26,988 nt of DNA from Planctomycetaceae bacterium. Lineage in GTDB: Bacteria; Planctomycetota; Planctomycetia; Planctomycetales; Planctomycetaceae. The notes below the pieces were generated by a model, which made no database searches, was not told the DNA's origin, and saw only the letters and a program-made list of their open reading frames with translations. Positions 1 to 10,080 of this stretch are shown here, in pieces; the first letter of the stretch is position 1, and every line of letters starts with the position of its first letter. Location of the stretch: contig DAORWD010000001.1 of the NCBI GenBank assembly GCA_035434085.1, positions 1 through 26,988 on the forward strand. Reading direction: 5' to 3'. The position numbers and the translations under genes were made by a program.

Positions 1-45
1 AAATGTTGCTACTTATTCTGACCCAAGAGCAATTTATTCCCGTGA

Positions 46-571
46 ACGGTTACGAATTATGATCATCGCAAGCAGTGGATCGACAATCAGCTGGTGCTTC
101 AGGCGAAACACTTCGGGATCGACTTGCTGTGTCAGGCGATCATGTCGAATCACATTCACCTCGTTCTGAGATCGAGGCCGGATGTGGTGAAAGAGTGGGA
201 TCACACTGAGGTAGCTCGGCGGTGGCTGATGCTGTGCCCGGTGCGGCGGGATGAACATCGGCAGCCGGAGGAACCGACAGAATTCGAACTCAACAACATC
301 CGGAACGACAAAGAAAAGCTGGCTGCCATTCGCAGTCGTCTCAGCGATATTTCGTGGTGGATAACGCGGAGCGACGCCGCAACATTTGGCTCCGCTCTTT
401 GATCGTCTGGGCGTGTCGTCGGACATTTGGTGCCATCTTGTGAAGAACTTCGGCAAACTGTTCAGTATCGTGGCGGGCCAGCCAAATCAGATCGATGGAC
501 ATCGCTCAAAAAACGGCTCGCACAAATACCGCGCTCGACGTGCCGTTCGAGAGCTGCTGAGTTCCGTTTAG
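46..571 (+). pseudogene. Decayed HUH (RAYT/IS200-like Y1) transposase, 5'-truncated, with a large internal deletion and frameshift
   Basis: Frame +1 from ~55 reads NYDHRKQWIDNQLVLQAKHFGIDLLCQAIMSNHIHLVLRSRPDVV...RLSDISWW, with the HUH motif H-I-H at 151-159 and in-frame stops upstream at 19 and 43. Frame +2 from 365 reads RGATPQHLAPLFDRLGVSSDIWCHLVKNFGKLFSIVAG...RELLSSV*, which resembles the C-terminus of the same family. The middle segment carrying the catalytic Tyr (YVDLNP-like) is absent. Confidence 0.75.
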
Positions 572-777
572 GGGCGATACGTTCAGCCCAGTCCATCGAT
601 TCAGGGTTGCGGCGGGTTCGCATGGCCTGTCAACCAGGCCTGTCGCTGCGCCAAAATGTCGCACAACACCTTGGCGCGGGCTTCGCCCGCAACCCAATTG
701 AGACATTGCCAACCGCTCTTCATTCGACCCTGTGTCCGGTGGGTGGGCGACTTTGGGCGACTTGTCGCGGCTACACC

Positions 778-1111
778 GACCCAAGCCCGAATGGCGTGGA
801 CTCAAGCTGAAATCAAGAGTCCAGACCCCATCCAGCTCGTCTGGATCGGTGAAAAAGATGGTGAGCTGGAAAATGCCTGTGCTCGATGCAGCTTGCCCCC
901 ATCCGCTTTACGCGGATGGTGCAGAAGATCGGTTGGCGATGTGTCAGTTCAGCCTCATCTCCTGATCTTGTCCACCGATCCGCACGAGGCGGATGGGGTT
1001 GAAGACGCATTTGTTGTGTTTGTTGCCAGCTCTCCATCTGGGCTCACCAATCCGGGCGAGCCGGATGGGGTCGCATGGAGCGATTTTGTCCACGCCATTC
1101 GACGCGGGGTC
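778..1111. repeat. Composite palindromic REP/REPIN-like cluster: outer inverted repeat plus four hairpin units (two +, two -)
   Basis: Exact 14-bp inverted repeat CGAATGGCGTGGAC at 788-801 and 1088-1101. Inside it are units of the form GACCCC-stem6-loop5-stem6-(Y)GGTG-N4/5-GAT at 824-869(+), 895-932(+), 961-1000(-) and 1026-1072(-). Confidence 0.8.
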
Positions 1112-1408
1112 CGTGGTGCCAGAAAACGCACAAGCAACTCGTCTCCCAGAAATCTTCTCAGGAAAACGCAATCTCAACTGTTTGCAGTGCAATGTGCGGC
1201 ACTTCAACAGCAGCGTCCCGCCGATCTCGCAGGATTTAGACAGGTGCCGTCGCCGATTCGTCTGGCAAAACCATCGTCTCGAGCTGATTCAATTTGGACG
1301 GTGTGTCGATCCTTACTGCGGAACTCGCTCAGTCATCTTGACTCCCAACGCCGTTTCGAAAAATGCTGTTGTACTTTAACGTCACGGAAATCAGTATGCT
1401 GACAGCTC

Positions 1409-1828
1409 TCAGGATGCGATTTCCGGAGTTGCGGCCACAGGGATCAGCTTATCCAGAATTCCGTTGACAAAACTGCTGGAGTGCTCGGTGCCGAATTCGC
1501 GGGCGATTTCAATCGCTTCATCGATCACAACTGCGGCGGGTGTTCCCAGTTTTGTCATTTCGTACAGGCCAAGCCGCAACACGTTGCGATCGGTGGGGGC
1601 CATTCGGTCAAGACGCCAGTTTGTTGCCGTACGGCAGATGACTTCGTCCAGTTCCGCTCTCGCCGCAATGACGCCGGAGAGCAGCGACCAGGCAAATTCC
1701 CGCAGCGGCGGGTCAGTGAATTCCTTGCGGAGTTCGATCTGCACGCGATCCAGATCCGCGTCAGGATTCTGGTCAACCAGATAGAGCATCTGCAGCACAA
1801 AACGACGAGCGTCAGAACGTCCGGCCAT
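1409..1828 (-). CDS. nusB: Transcription antitermination factor NusB
   Basis: RSDARRFVLQMLY...ATNWRLDRMAPTDRNVLRLGLYEM...VIDEAIEIAREFGTEHSSSFVNGILD; lies downstream of ribH. Confidence 0.97.
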   Translation of the reverse strand: MAGRSDARRFVLQMLYLVDQNPDADLDRVQIELRKEFTDPPLREFAWSLLSGVIAARAELDEVICRTATNWRLDRMAPTDRNVLRLGLYEMTKLGTPAAVVIDEAIEIAREFGTEHSSSFVNGILDKLIPVAATPEIAS

Positions 1829-1880
1829 AAGTGAATGAATTCAGGTAAAGAAAAAAAGTAGTAGTTCGTAACTGCCATCG

Positions 1881-1942
1881 TTTAACCCGAGCCAACGGCG
1901 AGGCTGCAAGGCAAAACGGCCTCGCCGCTGGCTCGGGTCAAA
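1881..1942. repeat. Intergenic palindrome (REP-like hairpin)
   Basis: 24-nt arms at 1881-1904 and 1919-1942 are reverse complements with 2 mismatches; 14-nt loop; no U-tract. Confidence 0.7.
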
Positions 1943-1995
1943 CGGCTTACACATGCCAGAATCTGTTCAGCGACACATTGCTTGCGACCATCCGA

Positions 1996-2460
1996 TTAGA
2001 TCAACTTCAACAAACTCACCATTTCGATCGCCGCCAGAGTCGCTTCGTGCCCCTTGTTGCCAACTTTGCCACCGGCCCGATCCAGCGCCTGCTCCATGGA
2101 TTCACAGGTGATGACGCCGAATGTGACAGGGATTCCGGTTTCACGCGTGATGCTCATGATCCCGGCGGCAACCTGGCTGTTGATGTATTCATGATGTGTG
2201 GTTGATCCCTGAATCACGGCTCCCAGACAGATCACAGCGCTGTACTTGTTGGACTTGGCGAGTTTGGACGCGGCGAGCGGAATCTCAAATGAGCCTGGAA
2301 CCCAGGCGATCGTGATTTTATCGGCACTGCCACCGTGTCGCACGATCGTGTCGATCGCTCCTTCAAGCAAGCGCTTCGTGATCAGATCATTGAAGCGCGA
2401 CACGACGATGGCGAATGAGGCATCGGCGGCGTTGAGTTGTCCGTGTAGTTCAGTAGGCAT
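1996..2460 (-). CDS. ribH: 6,7-dimethyl-8-ribityllumazine synthase
   Basis: AIVVSRFNDLIT, WVPGSFEIP, VICLGAVIQGST.H and GNKG motifs. Start reassigned to ATG at 2460 (MPTELHG); the longer ORF runs into repeat DNA. Confidence 0.97.
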   Translation of the reverse strand: MPTELHGQLNAADASFAIVVSRFNDLITKRLLEGAIDTIVRHGGSADKITIAWVPGSFEIPLAASKLAKSNKYSAVICLGAVIQGSTTHHEYINSQVAAGIMSITRETGIPVTFGVITCESMEQALDRAGGKVGNKGHEATLAAIEMVSLLKLI

Positions 2461-2509
2461 GGGAGAGATGGAGAATAGTGAATTGGGAATAGTAAATAGT
2501 TTATGACCT

Positions 2510-2623
2510 CGTTCCAGGGCTCCAGCCCTGGAACGCACCGCCTAGGAGGCTCCTGCCTCCCGGATCGACACAGGAGGCAGGAGCCTCCGGGCAGTTTGCT
2601 CCGAGGCTGGAGCCTCGGAGCAA
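2510..2623. repeat. Triple-hairpin REP/BIME-like element
   Basis: Three perfect stems: 2510-2535 (12 bp, loop CC), 2545-2588 (16 bp, 12-nt loop) and 2596-2623 (13 bp, loop GG). The first and third resemble each other in inverted orientation. Confidence 0.8.
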
Positions 2624-2640
2624 GGAGCAGATTGTGCATC

Positions 2641-4041
<1,401 letters not shown>

Positions 4042-4146
4042 GGCCGCGTCGGGCCTCCAGACAGGATTGAGGGAGAGTTACACCAGCGAAAAGAGACAGG
4101 TAATGTTGATCGATCGGAAACTGGTGCGATCCGGTCGAGCAAGAAT

Positions 4147-4812
4147 TCAAAGCGGATTGTTGGCGGTTTTTTGTTGAATAATCTGAGTCAGGATTTTCCG
4201 CATCTGCTCAGCCGCAGCGGCTGGTGATCCGGAGTTGTCCACAATATGCCCAGCATGTTCGCGTTTACGAGCAACGCTCCACTGAGACGATTCACGTCGC
4301 CGAAGTTCCTCTGGCGACCATCCCCGAGTTGCCCCAACTCGCTGCTGTCGTAACTCGACGGGCGTATCAATAAAAATTATTGAATCACATTCAGCTGCCC
4401 AGCCTGCTTCCAGCAGCAGTGCCGCGTCAAGAATGATGGCATCCACGTCATGCGGAACCTGTTGAATCGTTTGCAGGACTTTTTTGCGTATCTCCGGATG
4501 CAGAATCTCATTGAGCTGAATTCTATTCTTCGTCTGTTCAGTGGAGACACCAAAAATTTTCCGAGCCAGTTGCTCTCGGTCGATTTGTCCGGTGTTGTCG
4601 AGAACCTCGCTTCCAAAGACCCCAACAATTGTTTGAAGAATATCATCCTGTGTTAACAGGTCGTGCCCGATGCGATCCGCATCGATCACGCACAACTGAA
4701 CGCCCCCCCTAACTTCTTGAACGACAGAACTTTTTCCAGCGCCGATACCTCCGACAATGCCGACAATCGGAATGTTCGCAGACCTGGAAGAATCTGAGTG
4801 GACGGATGACAA
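4147..4812 (-). CDS. coaE: Dephospho-CoA kinase
   Basis: VGIVGGIGAGKSSV P-loop, IDADRIGH, IDREQLA, ILHPEIR, LDAALLLEAG, VDNSG. The TTG start is uncertain. Confidence 0.93.
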   Translation of the reverse strand: MSSVHSDSSRSANIPIVGIVGGIGAGKSSVVQEVRGGVQLCVIDADRIGHDLLTQDDILQTIVGVFGSEVLDNTGQIDREQLARKIFGVSTEQTKNRIQLNEILHPEIRKKVLQTIQQVPHDVDAIILDAALLLEAGWAAECDSIIFIDTPVELRQQRVGATRGWSPEELRRRESSQWSVARKREHAGHIVDNSGSPAAAAEQMRKILTQIIQQKTANNPL

Positions 4813-5223
4813 CGGTTGAAATCAATGAGAAGACGTGACTCGCGGATGCGAGAAATACTGGATGGGAATTTTCAGCGGGACGTGTGGCGTTCCTTTGCCC
4901 AGCACAAACCGGTTCGGGAGGTTCCGAATGCTTGTCTCGCGGAGCTTACCGCGCCAACGCATCTCGGCTGATCGGAGCAAAATTCGTCCGGCTTTCTCCT
5001 GTCGGACAAACTTTGCGACGTTATGTTGCTCGATGACATGTGCGTTGTCAAATGCCAGATTGGCGACCGAGATGGTTTTCGCGACTTCTTTTTGCGGGAA
5101 ACCTTGTTCCCAACCAAGGCTTTTGGCCCCTTCAGACTGGCTGAACACCGCCTGCCCTGAGAGCATTCTGCCCCGGAGACGATCTGCAAATGGCTTGTGA
5201 CGATCCATCAGGAACTGAAAACT

Positions 5224-7044
5224 ATGAGTGATGATGTGCTGGCATTGGTTGATCAGGCGGCTAAAAACGGACTACTGACGGCGGATTCCCCAGTGAACCT
5301 ACGTTCATGGCTGACCCGCGAGTGCTTCTCTCAGTATCGCCCACGAATCGTTGAACTCGTCAACGCTGGCGAATGGCAAAAGCTGGACGCCATGTTCTGG
5401 ACGGCCATCCCGTTTGGAACCGGCGGTCGACGCGGTCCAATGGGAGAAATGGGCCCAGCGACGATCAACGATCGAACCATTGCCGAATCCGCTCATGGGA
5501 TGGCGGTCTACCTGCGATCAACGGGCGTCACCTCGGGAGGTTCCGCCGTCATCGCTCATGATACGAGAAACAACTCTCCGCACTTCGCCAGAATCACGGC
5601 CTGCACGCTGGCCGCCCATGGCTTGAAGGTTTACCTCTTCGATGGACATCGTTCGACGCCGGAATTGTCTTATGCAGTGCGGAAACTCAACTGCAACATT
5701 GGCGTTGTAATCTCAGCGTCTCACAATCCGCCCGCAGACAATGGCTTCAAAGCTTATTGGAACAATGGTGCCCAGGTGATTCCGCCTCACGACAAAGGGA
5801 TTGTCAAAGAGGTTGAACGAGCCGACGTCATCCCGACCGTGGATTTTGCGACTGCGGTTGGCGACGGTCGGATTCAGATTATTGGTTCAGACATTGATCA
5901 GGACTACGTGGCTGAGGTTCTGAAACTGTCCGAATCGCCCGGCCGTTCCCTGAGCGCTGTGTTTACTCCACTTCACGGAGTAGGCGAGACCTCCGTGTAT
6001 GCCGTGATCAAGGCTGCGGGCTTCCACAACGTCGCGATCTTTGAACCACATCGCGCGGCGGATGGCAATTTCCCGAACGTACCCAATCATCTGCCGAACC
6101 CCGAAAACACTGAAGTGTTTTCGCCGGTCATCGATTGGATCAAAGCGACAGGACATCCCGCAGAACTAATCCTCGCGTCCGATCCGGACGCCGATCGACT
6201 CGGCGTCATGGTTCGAAATCCGGCGGGAGGTTTCACGCCTCTCAGCGGCAACCAGGTCGGCGCATTGATCACCGATTTCCTGTTTCGAAAACGCAAAGCG
6301 TCCGGACGATTTTCTCCTCAGGACTACGTCGTCGAAACGCTGGTCACGACGCCGCTGACGAAAGCCGTGGCCGAACATCACGGGGCGCGATGCTTCTCTG
6401 AACTGATGGTCGGTTTCAAATACATCGCCCAAACAATGGAAGAACAGGGCACCGATCACTTTGTGTTCGGAACGGAGGAATCGATTGGCTTCCTGGCTGG
6501 TTCGTACTGTCGCGATAAAGATGCCAGTGTCGCGGCCCTGTACATTCTGGAACTCGCCGAAGAACTCAAGGCCGAAGGCAAATCACTGCTCGATCAGCTT
6601 GATCAGTTGCACCGTGATTGTGGTTACCATTGCGAAGGCCAGAAGTCGATTTATTGCGAAGGGCCTACCGGCAAGGCAAAAATCGACGGCCTGATGCAGA
6701 CACTGCGAGATGCTCCACCAGCCCAGTTCGGCCCGGTGCGTTTCGCGGAAGCCCTCGACTACAAAACTGGCCGCGTCATTACAGTCCCGTCGGGCAGCCA
6801 GATCGGCGAAATCACGCAGCCGCGCGGCGACATGCTGATCTACAAGTCCGATGCGTCGCAGCCCGTTCGAATCCAAATCGCTGGCCGTCCGTCGGGCACG
6901 GAGCCGAAAATCAAATTCTATTTCTTCTGTCAGTCAGACATCGTGAACGGCGATCTGAACGCGGCTCGAACTGCCGGTGACAAAGCCATGAAGGACGTGC
7001 AGCAAGCCCTGAACGACTGGGCTCAGCAGCAGTTGAAGGGTTAA
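5224..7044 (+). CDS. Phospho-sugar mutase (phosphoglucomutase/phosphomannomutase family)
   Basis: FGTGGRRG, phosphoserine motif ISASHNP, metal motif DPDADR, FGTEESIG, RPSGTEPKIKFY. Start is 5224 (ATG) or 5197. Confidence 0.95.
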   Translation: MSDDVLALVDQAAKNGLLTADSPVNLRSWLTRECFSQYRPRIVELVNAGEWQKLDAMFWTAIPFGTGGRRGPMGEMGPATINDRTIAESAHGMAVYLRSTGVTSGGSAVIAHDTRNNSPHFARITACTLAAHGLKVYLFDGHRSTPELSYAVRKLNCNIGVVISASHNPPADNGFKAYWNNGAQVIPPHDKGIVKEVERADVIPTVDFATAVGDGRIQIIGSDIDQDYVAEVLKLSESPGRSLSAVFTPLHGVGETSVYAVIKAAGFHNVAIFEPHRAADGNFPNVPNHLPNPENTEVFSPVIDWIKATGHPAELILASDPDADRLGVMVRNPAGGFTPLSGNQVGALITDFLFRKRKASGRFSPQDYVVETLVTTPLTKAVAEHHGARCFSELMVGFKYIAQTMEEQGTDHFVFGTEESIGFLAGSYCRDKDASVAALYILELAEELKAEGKSLLDQLDQLHRDCGYHCEGQKSIYCEGPTGKAKIDGLMQTLRDAPPAQFGPVRFAEALDYKTGRVITVPSGSQIGEITQPRGDMLIYKSDASQPVRIQIAGRPSGTEPKIKFYFFCQSDIVNGDLNAARTAGDKAMKDVQQALNDWAQQQLKG

Positions 7045-7050
7045 CGGCCC

Positions 7051-8358
7051 ATGAAAACACTCATTCGCAACGCGACCGTGGTTCTGCCCGATGCCGTTGA
7101 AAAGCTCAACGTCCTGATTGATGGCGACCGCATTGCATCCATCGGCGCTCCGGATTCTTCGCGAGCTGATGAAGTCGTGGATGCGAACGGACTGCATCTG
7201 ATTCCTGGATTGATCGACGATCAGGTGCATTTTCGTGAACCGGGACTGACGCACAAGGAAGACCTGCACCACGCTACTCGCGCGTGTGCGAAAGGTGGAG
7301 TCACGTCATTCCTTGAAATGCCGAATACAAAGCCAACGACGACGACGCTGCAGGCACTGGACGACAAACTGACGCTTGCCGCCCAACAGTGCCACGTCAA
7401 TTATGGATTCTACATCGGGGCAACTCCGACCAATCTGGATGTCCTGAAAGCGGCCACACGAACGCCGGGTATCAAGATTTTCATCGGTTCCAGTACGGGC
7501 GATTTGCTCGTTGATGAGCAGGCGGCACTTGAGCGGATCTTCGCCGAAACTTCTTTGACGGTTTGTGCTCATTGCGAAGACGAAGCCACCGTCAAAGCAA
7601 ACGCCGCGCGACTCGAAGGAGGTCGGGACGTCTCAGATCACAGCCTTATCCGCGATCACAAAGCCGCGCTGATTGCCACAAAACGCGCCGTGGAACTGGC
7701 GGAGCGGCATCGGCACCGTTTTCATGTGCTGCACGTTTCGACAGCCGATGAAGTCGAATTTCTGCGAAGTACCAGTGATCTGATCACCGCCGAAGCCTGT
7801 CCGCATCATCTGTTTTTTAACATCGATGATTATCCTCGCCTGGGAACACTGGTCCAGATGAATCCGTCCATCAAGACGGCCGCCGACAACGCCGCTGTCT
7901 GGCAAGGTCTGCTGGATGGAACGCTGGAAGTTGTTGCTACGGATCACGCCCCGCATACTCTGGAAGAAAAACGCCAGCCGTATCCGAAATCCCCCAGCGG
8001 ACTGCCCGCCGTCGAAAACTATCTGGCGCTGCTGCTCAACCAGGTCAACCTTGGACGATGTTCGCTGTCCCAGGTCGTGTCCTGGACCGCCGCCGCGCCT
8101 GCCAGGGTCTGGAACATCAGGAACAAGGGGCATATTCGCGAAGGCTATGACGCGGACCTGGTTCTCGTGGATCTCAACAAACGTCAGACGGTTCGAAACG
8201 AAGACCAGCTGACCAAATGTGGCTGGACTCCCTGGCACGGCGAAACGCTCATCGGCTGGCCGGTCCGGACATGGGTCATGGGCCAAACCGTCTTTGCCAA
8301 CGGCAAAGTGATCGATGACATTCGCGGGGAAGAAATCCAGTACCAACGCGAAACGTAG
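7051..8358 (+). CDS. pyrC: Dihydroorotase (amidohydrolase superfamily)
   Basis: [53 protein letters not shown] motifs. Confidence 0.85.
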   Translation: MKTLIRNATVVLPDAVEKLNVLIDGDRIASIGAPDSSRADEVVDANGLHLIPGLIDDQVHFREPGLTHKEDLHHATRACAKGGVTSFLEMPNTKPTTTTLQALDDKLTLAAQQCHVNYGFYIGATPTNLDVLKAATRTPGIKIFIGSSTGDLLVDEQAALERIFAETSLTVCAHCEDEATVKANAARLEGGRDVSDHSLIRDHKAALIATKRAVELAERHRHRFHVLHVSTADEVEFLRSTSDLITAEACPHHLFFNIDDYPRLGTLVQMNPSIKTAADNAAVWQGLLDGTLEVVATDHAPHTLEEKRQPYPKSPSGLPAVENYLALLLNQVNLGRCSLSQVVSWTAAAPARVWNIRNKGHIREGYDADLVLVDLNKRQTVRNEDQLTKCGWTPWHGETLIGWPVRTWVMGQTVFANGKVIDDIRGEEIQYQRET

Positions 8359-8452
8359 TGCCACAAGCGATGGCGTTGCTGGGAGGGTGTCTCGCAACTC
8401 TGCGACGCATTCCGCTGAGCAAATGTGACAGTTGATTGCTTGAGTTCACCAT

Positions 8453-9145
8453 ATGCAAAACATTGAAGCGTATCCTATCCCCGGCTTCCGGGAGCCATTC
8501 AGTTGCTTCACTCATCTCGCGGCAGCGCCTGTCTTTGCGGTGCTGGGTTATTTTCTTGTGCGCCGCGGGCGAGGAAGTATCAGTCGCACGGTGAGCCTCG
8601 CAATTCTGGTTCTTTCGTCTGTCTTCCTGCTTTCGATGAGCGGCACCTATCATCTGCTGGAACACGGCACCACCCGAGACGTCATGCGGCAGCTTGACGT
8701 GGCAGGCGTGTTTGTGCTGATTGCCGGAACCGTGACACCGGTGCATACAATTCTGTTTCGCGGTTTCGATCGTTGGATGCCTCTGCTGTTGATCTGGTCA
8801 GTGGCGGCGGCGGGGATCCTGTTGAGAACAATGTACCCGGATGGCCTTGCAACTGGATTTGCGACGAGCATCTTCTTGCTGATGGGCTGGGGTGGAATCG
8901 TCTCGTTCGTGCGGTTATGGAGGAGATACGGATTCTCGTTCGTCCGGCCCGTATTGTTGGGCGGCCTGTCTTACACGGCTGGCGTGTTTATCCTCGACCT
9001 GAATTGGCCAACGCCAATCCCCGGCATTATCGGTGCTCACGAGTTGTGGCATGTGGCCGTGCTCGCTGGCCTTGGCCTGCACTGGAAGTTTGTCTTCCAA
9101 TTCGCCGACGGACCGCCTGAGGATCAGCTTACTCAGCTGAGCTGA
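8453..9145 (+). CDS. Hemolysin III / PAQR-family membrane protein
   Basis: EPFSCFTH, SGTYH, LD..GVFVLIAGTVTP and HELWHVAVLAG...HW motifs; multiple hydrophobic segments. Confidence 0.9.
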   Translation: MQNIEAYPIPGFREPFSCFTHLAAAPVFAVLGYFLVRRGRGSISRTVSLAILVLSSVFLLSMSGTYHLLEHGTTRDVMRQLDVAGVFVLIAGTVTPVHTILFRGFDRWMPLLLIWSVAAAGILLRTMYPDGLATGFATSIFLLMGWGGIVSFVRLWRRYGFSFVRPVLLGGLSYTAGVFILDLNWPTPIPGIIGAHELWHVAVLAGLGLHWKFVFQFADGPPEDQLTQLS

Positions 9146-9162
9146 TGCCACCTATTAACAAG

Positions 9163-9702
9163 TCAAAAGGACCGAACAGCGATCTCCAGGGCCGGTTTGA
9201 GCCACGGTGCATATGTCTCCGGCCGTCGCTGCATGTCGGCCATCAATTCGCTGGTCTCGATCCATTTCCAATCTATGATCTCGTCCGGGTTCGGCCGCGG
9301 TTCGATTTCGCTGGTGGCGTGTCCGGTCAAGACCGTGTCGTGTTCATGTTCCACACCGTGATCAGCTTCCTCCGCGATGTACACGAAGCTGCCGACAATC
9401 TTTAATGGCACCCGAAAACCGAACTCTTCGTGCAGACGTTCCGCTGCCACTTCCGCCAAATCCTGTGCCGGACGACGCGGGTGACTGCAACATGTGTTCG
9501 CCCAGCGGGCGGCGAACAGCGGTTTGTCCGCGCTCCGCTGCTGGATCAGCAACTCACGGCCCCGGCTTCTGAAAACGAACACCGAGAACGCCTGATGCAG
9601 CATTCCAGGCGCAGTATGAGCTTCCATCCGATCGGCCATCCCGATGGGCTCGCCGTCCTCGCTACACAGGACGACTTGAACTGGTGCTGCCGCATTCATC
9701 AT
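9163..9702 (-). CDS. idi: Isopentenyl-diphosphate delta-isomerase type 1 (Nudix-like)
   Basis: AH..PGMLHQAFSVFVF, LLIQQRS..K, WANTCCSHP, EHEHD.VL and EIIDWKW motifs. A GAGGAG RBS precedes ATG at 9702. Confidence 0.92.
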   Translation of the reverse strand: MMNAAAPVQVVLCSEDGEPIGMADRMEAHTAPGMLHQAFSVFVFRSRGRELLIQQRSADKPLFAARWANTCCSHPRRPAQDLAEVAAERLHEEFGFRVPLKIVGSFVYIAEEADHGVEHEHDTVLTGHATSEIEPRPNPDEIIDWKWIETSELMADMQRRPETYAPWLKPALEIAVRSF

Positions 9703-9837
9703 TTGCACTCTCCTCATAATCGACGGAACCAAAATGCTCAGATCTTTCATTGTAGTACATGATGCAGTGGATGAGGCCGACGTGGAATCACTGGCTGTCG
9801 AGTTGGTCCAGACAAGCCTGGCGGTGCCACATCGCTA

Positions 9838-9968
9838 CAACCATCTCACGCTCTGCCCCTACCAAAGCGAGGCGGTAGGCCGAAAATCCCGCCGCACCTG
9901 CAACGCCTTTTCGAGCTTTCGGCTGCTGCGAATTCGCGTGAGGTTGCCGGGGCTTTCGCCCATTCCAT
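9838..9968 (-). pseudogene. Highly deleted IS1182-like transposase remnant
   Basis: RBS-like GGGAG precedes ATG 9968 (MEWAKAP). A frame shift at ~9945 leads to LTRIRSSRKLEKALQVRRDFR, resembling the DUF772 'IRSSRxLE...DFRWL' motif. WL follows after 12 extra codons that include a stop. Confidence 0.55.
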
Positions 9969-10080
9969 AACGATCAACTCCCTTTGTGTCGCTCTTGTAG
10001 CAATTCAAGACAACACCTCCAGGCCTGAATCGCAAACGACTTCAACGGCATTCTACTGCCAACAATTTCTAAATCCGCTC

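Noticed and set aside
604-694. 9-bp inverted repeat GGGTTGCGG/CCGCAACCC with an inner GCGGGC-TTC-GCCCGC hairpin as a possible ncRNA or transposon end
   Set aside because: Too short to distinguish from chance in GC-rich DNA, and it matches no family I recognise.
824-1072. Repeat units as a CRISPR array or integron attC sites
   Set aside because: The units are in both orientations and their stems vary in sequence. No cas or intI gene is present, and there are no RYYYAAC/GTTRRRY cores.
656-1402. 248-aa + strand ORF
   Set aside because: It has no recognisable motifs and runs through the palindromic repeat cluster, so it is probably a chance open frame.
4822-5208. Overlapping ORFs between coaE and the mutase
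   Set aside because: No motifs in any frame; the region is best read as a divergent promoter interval.
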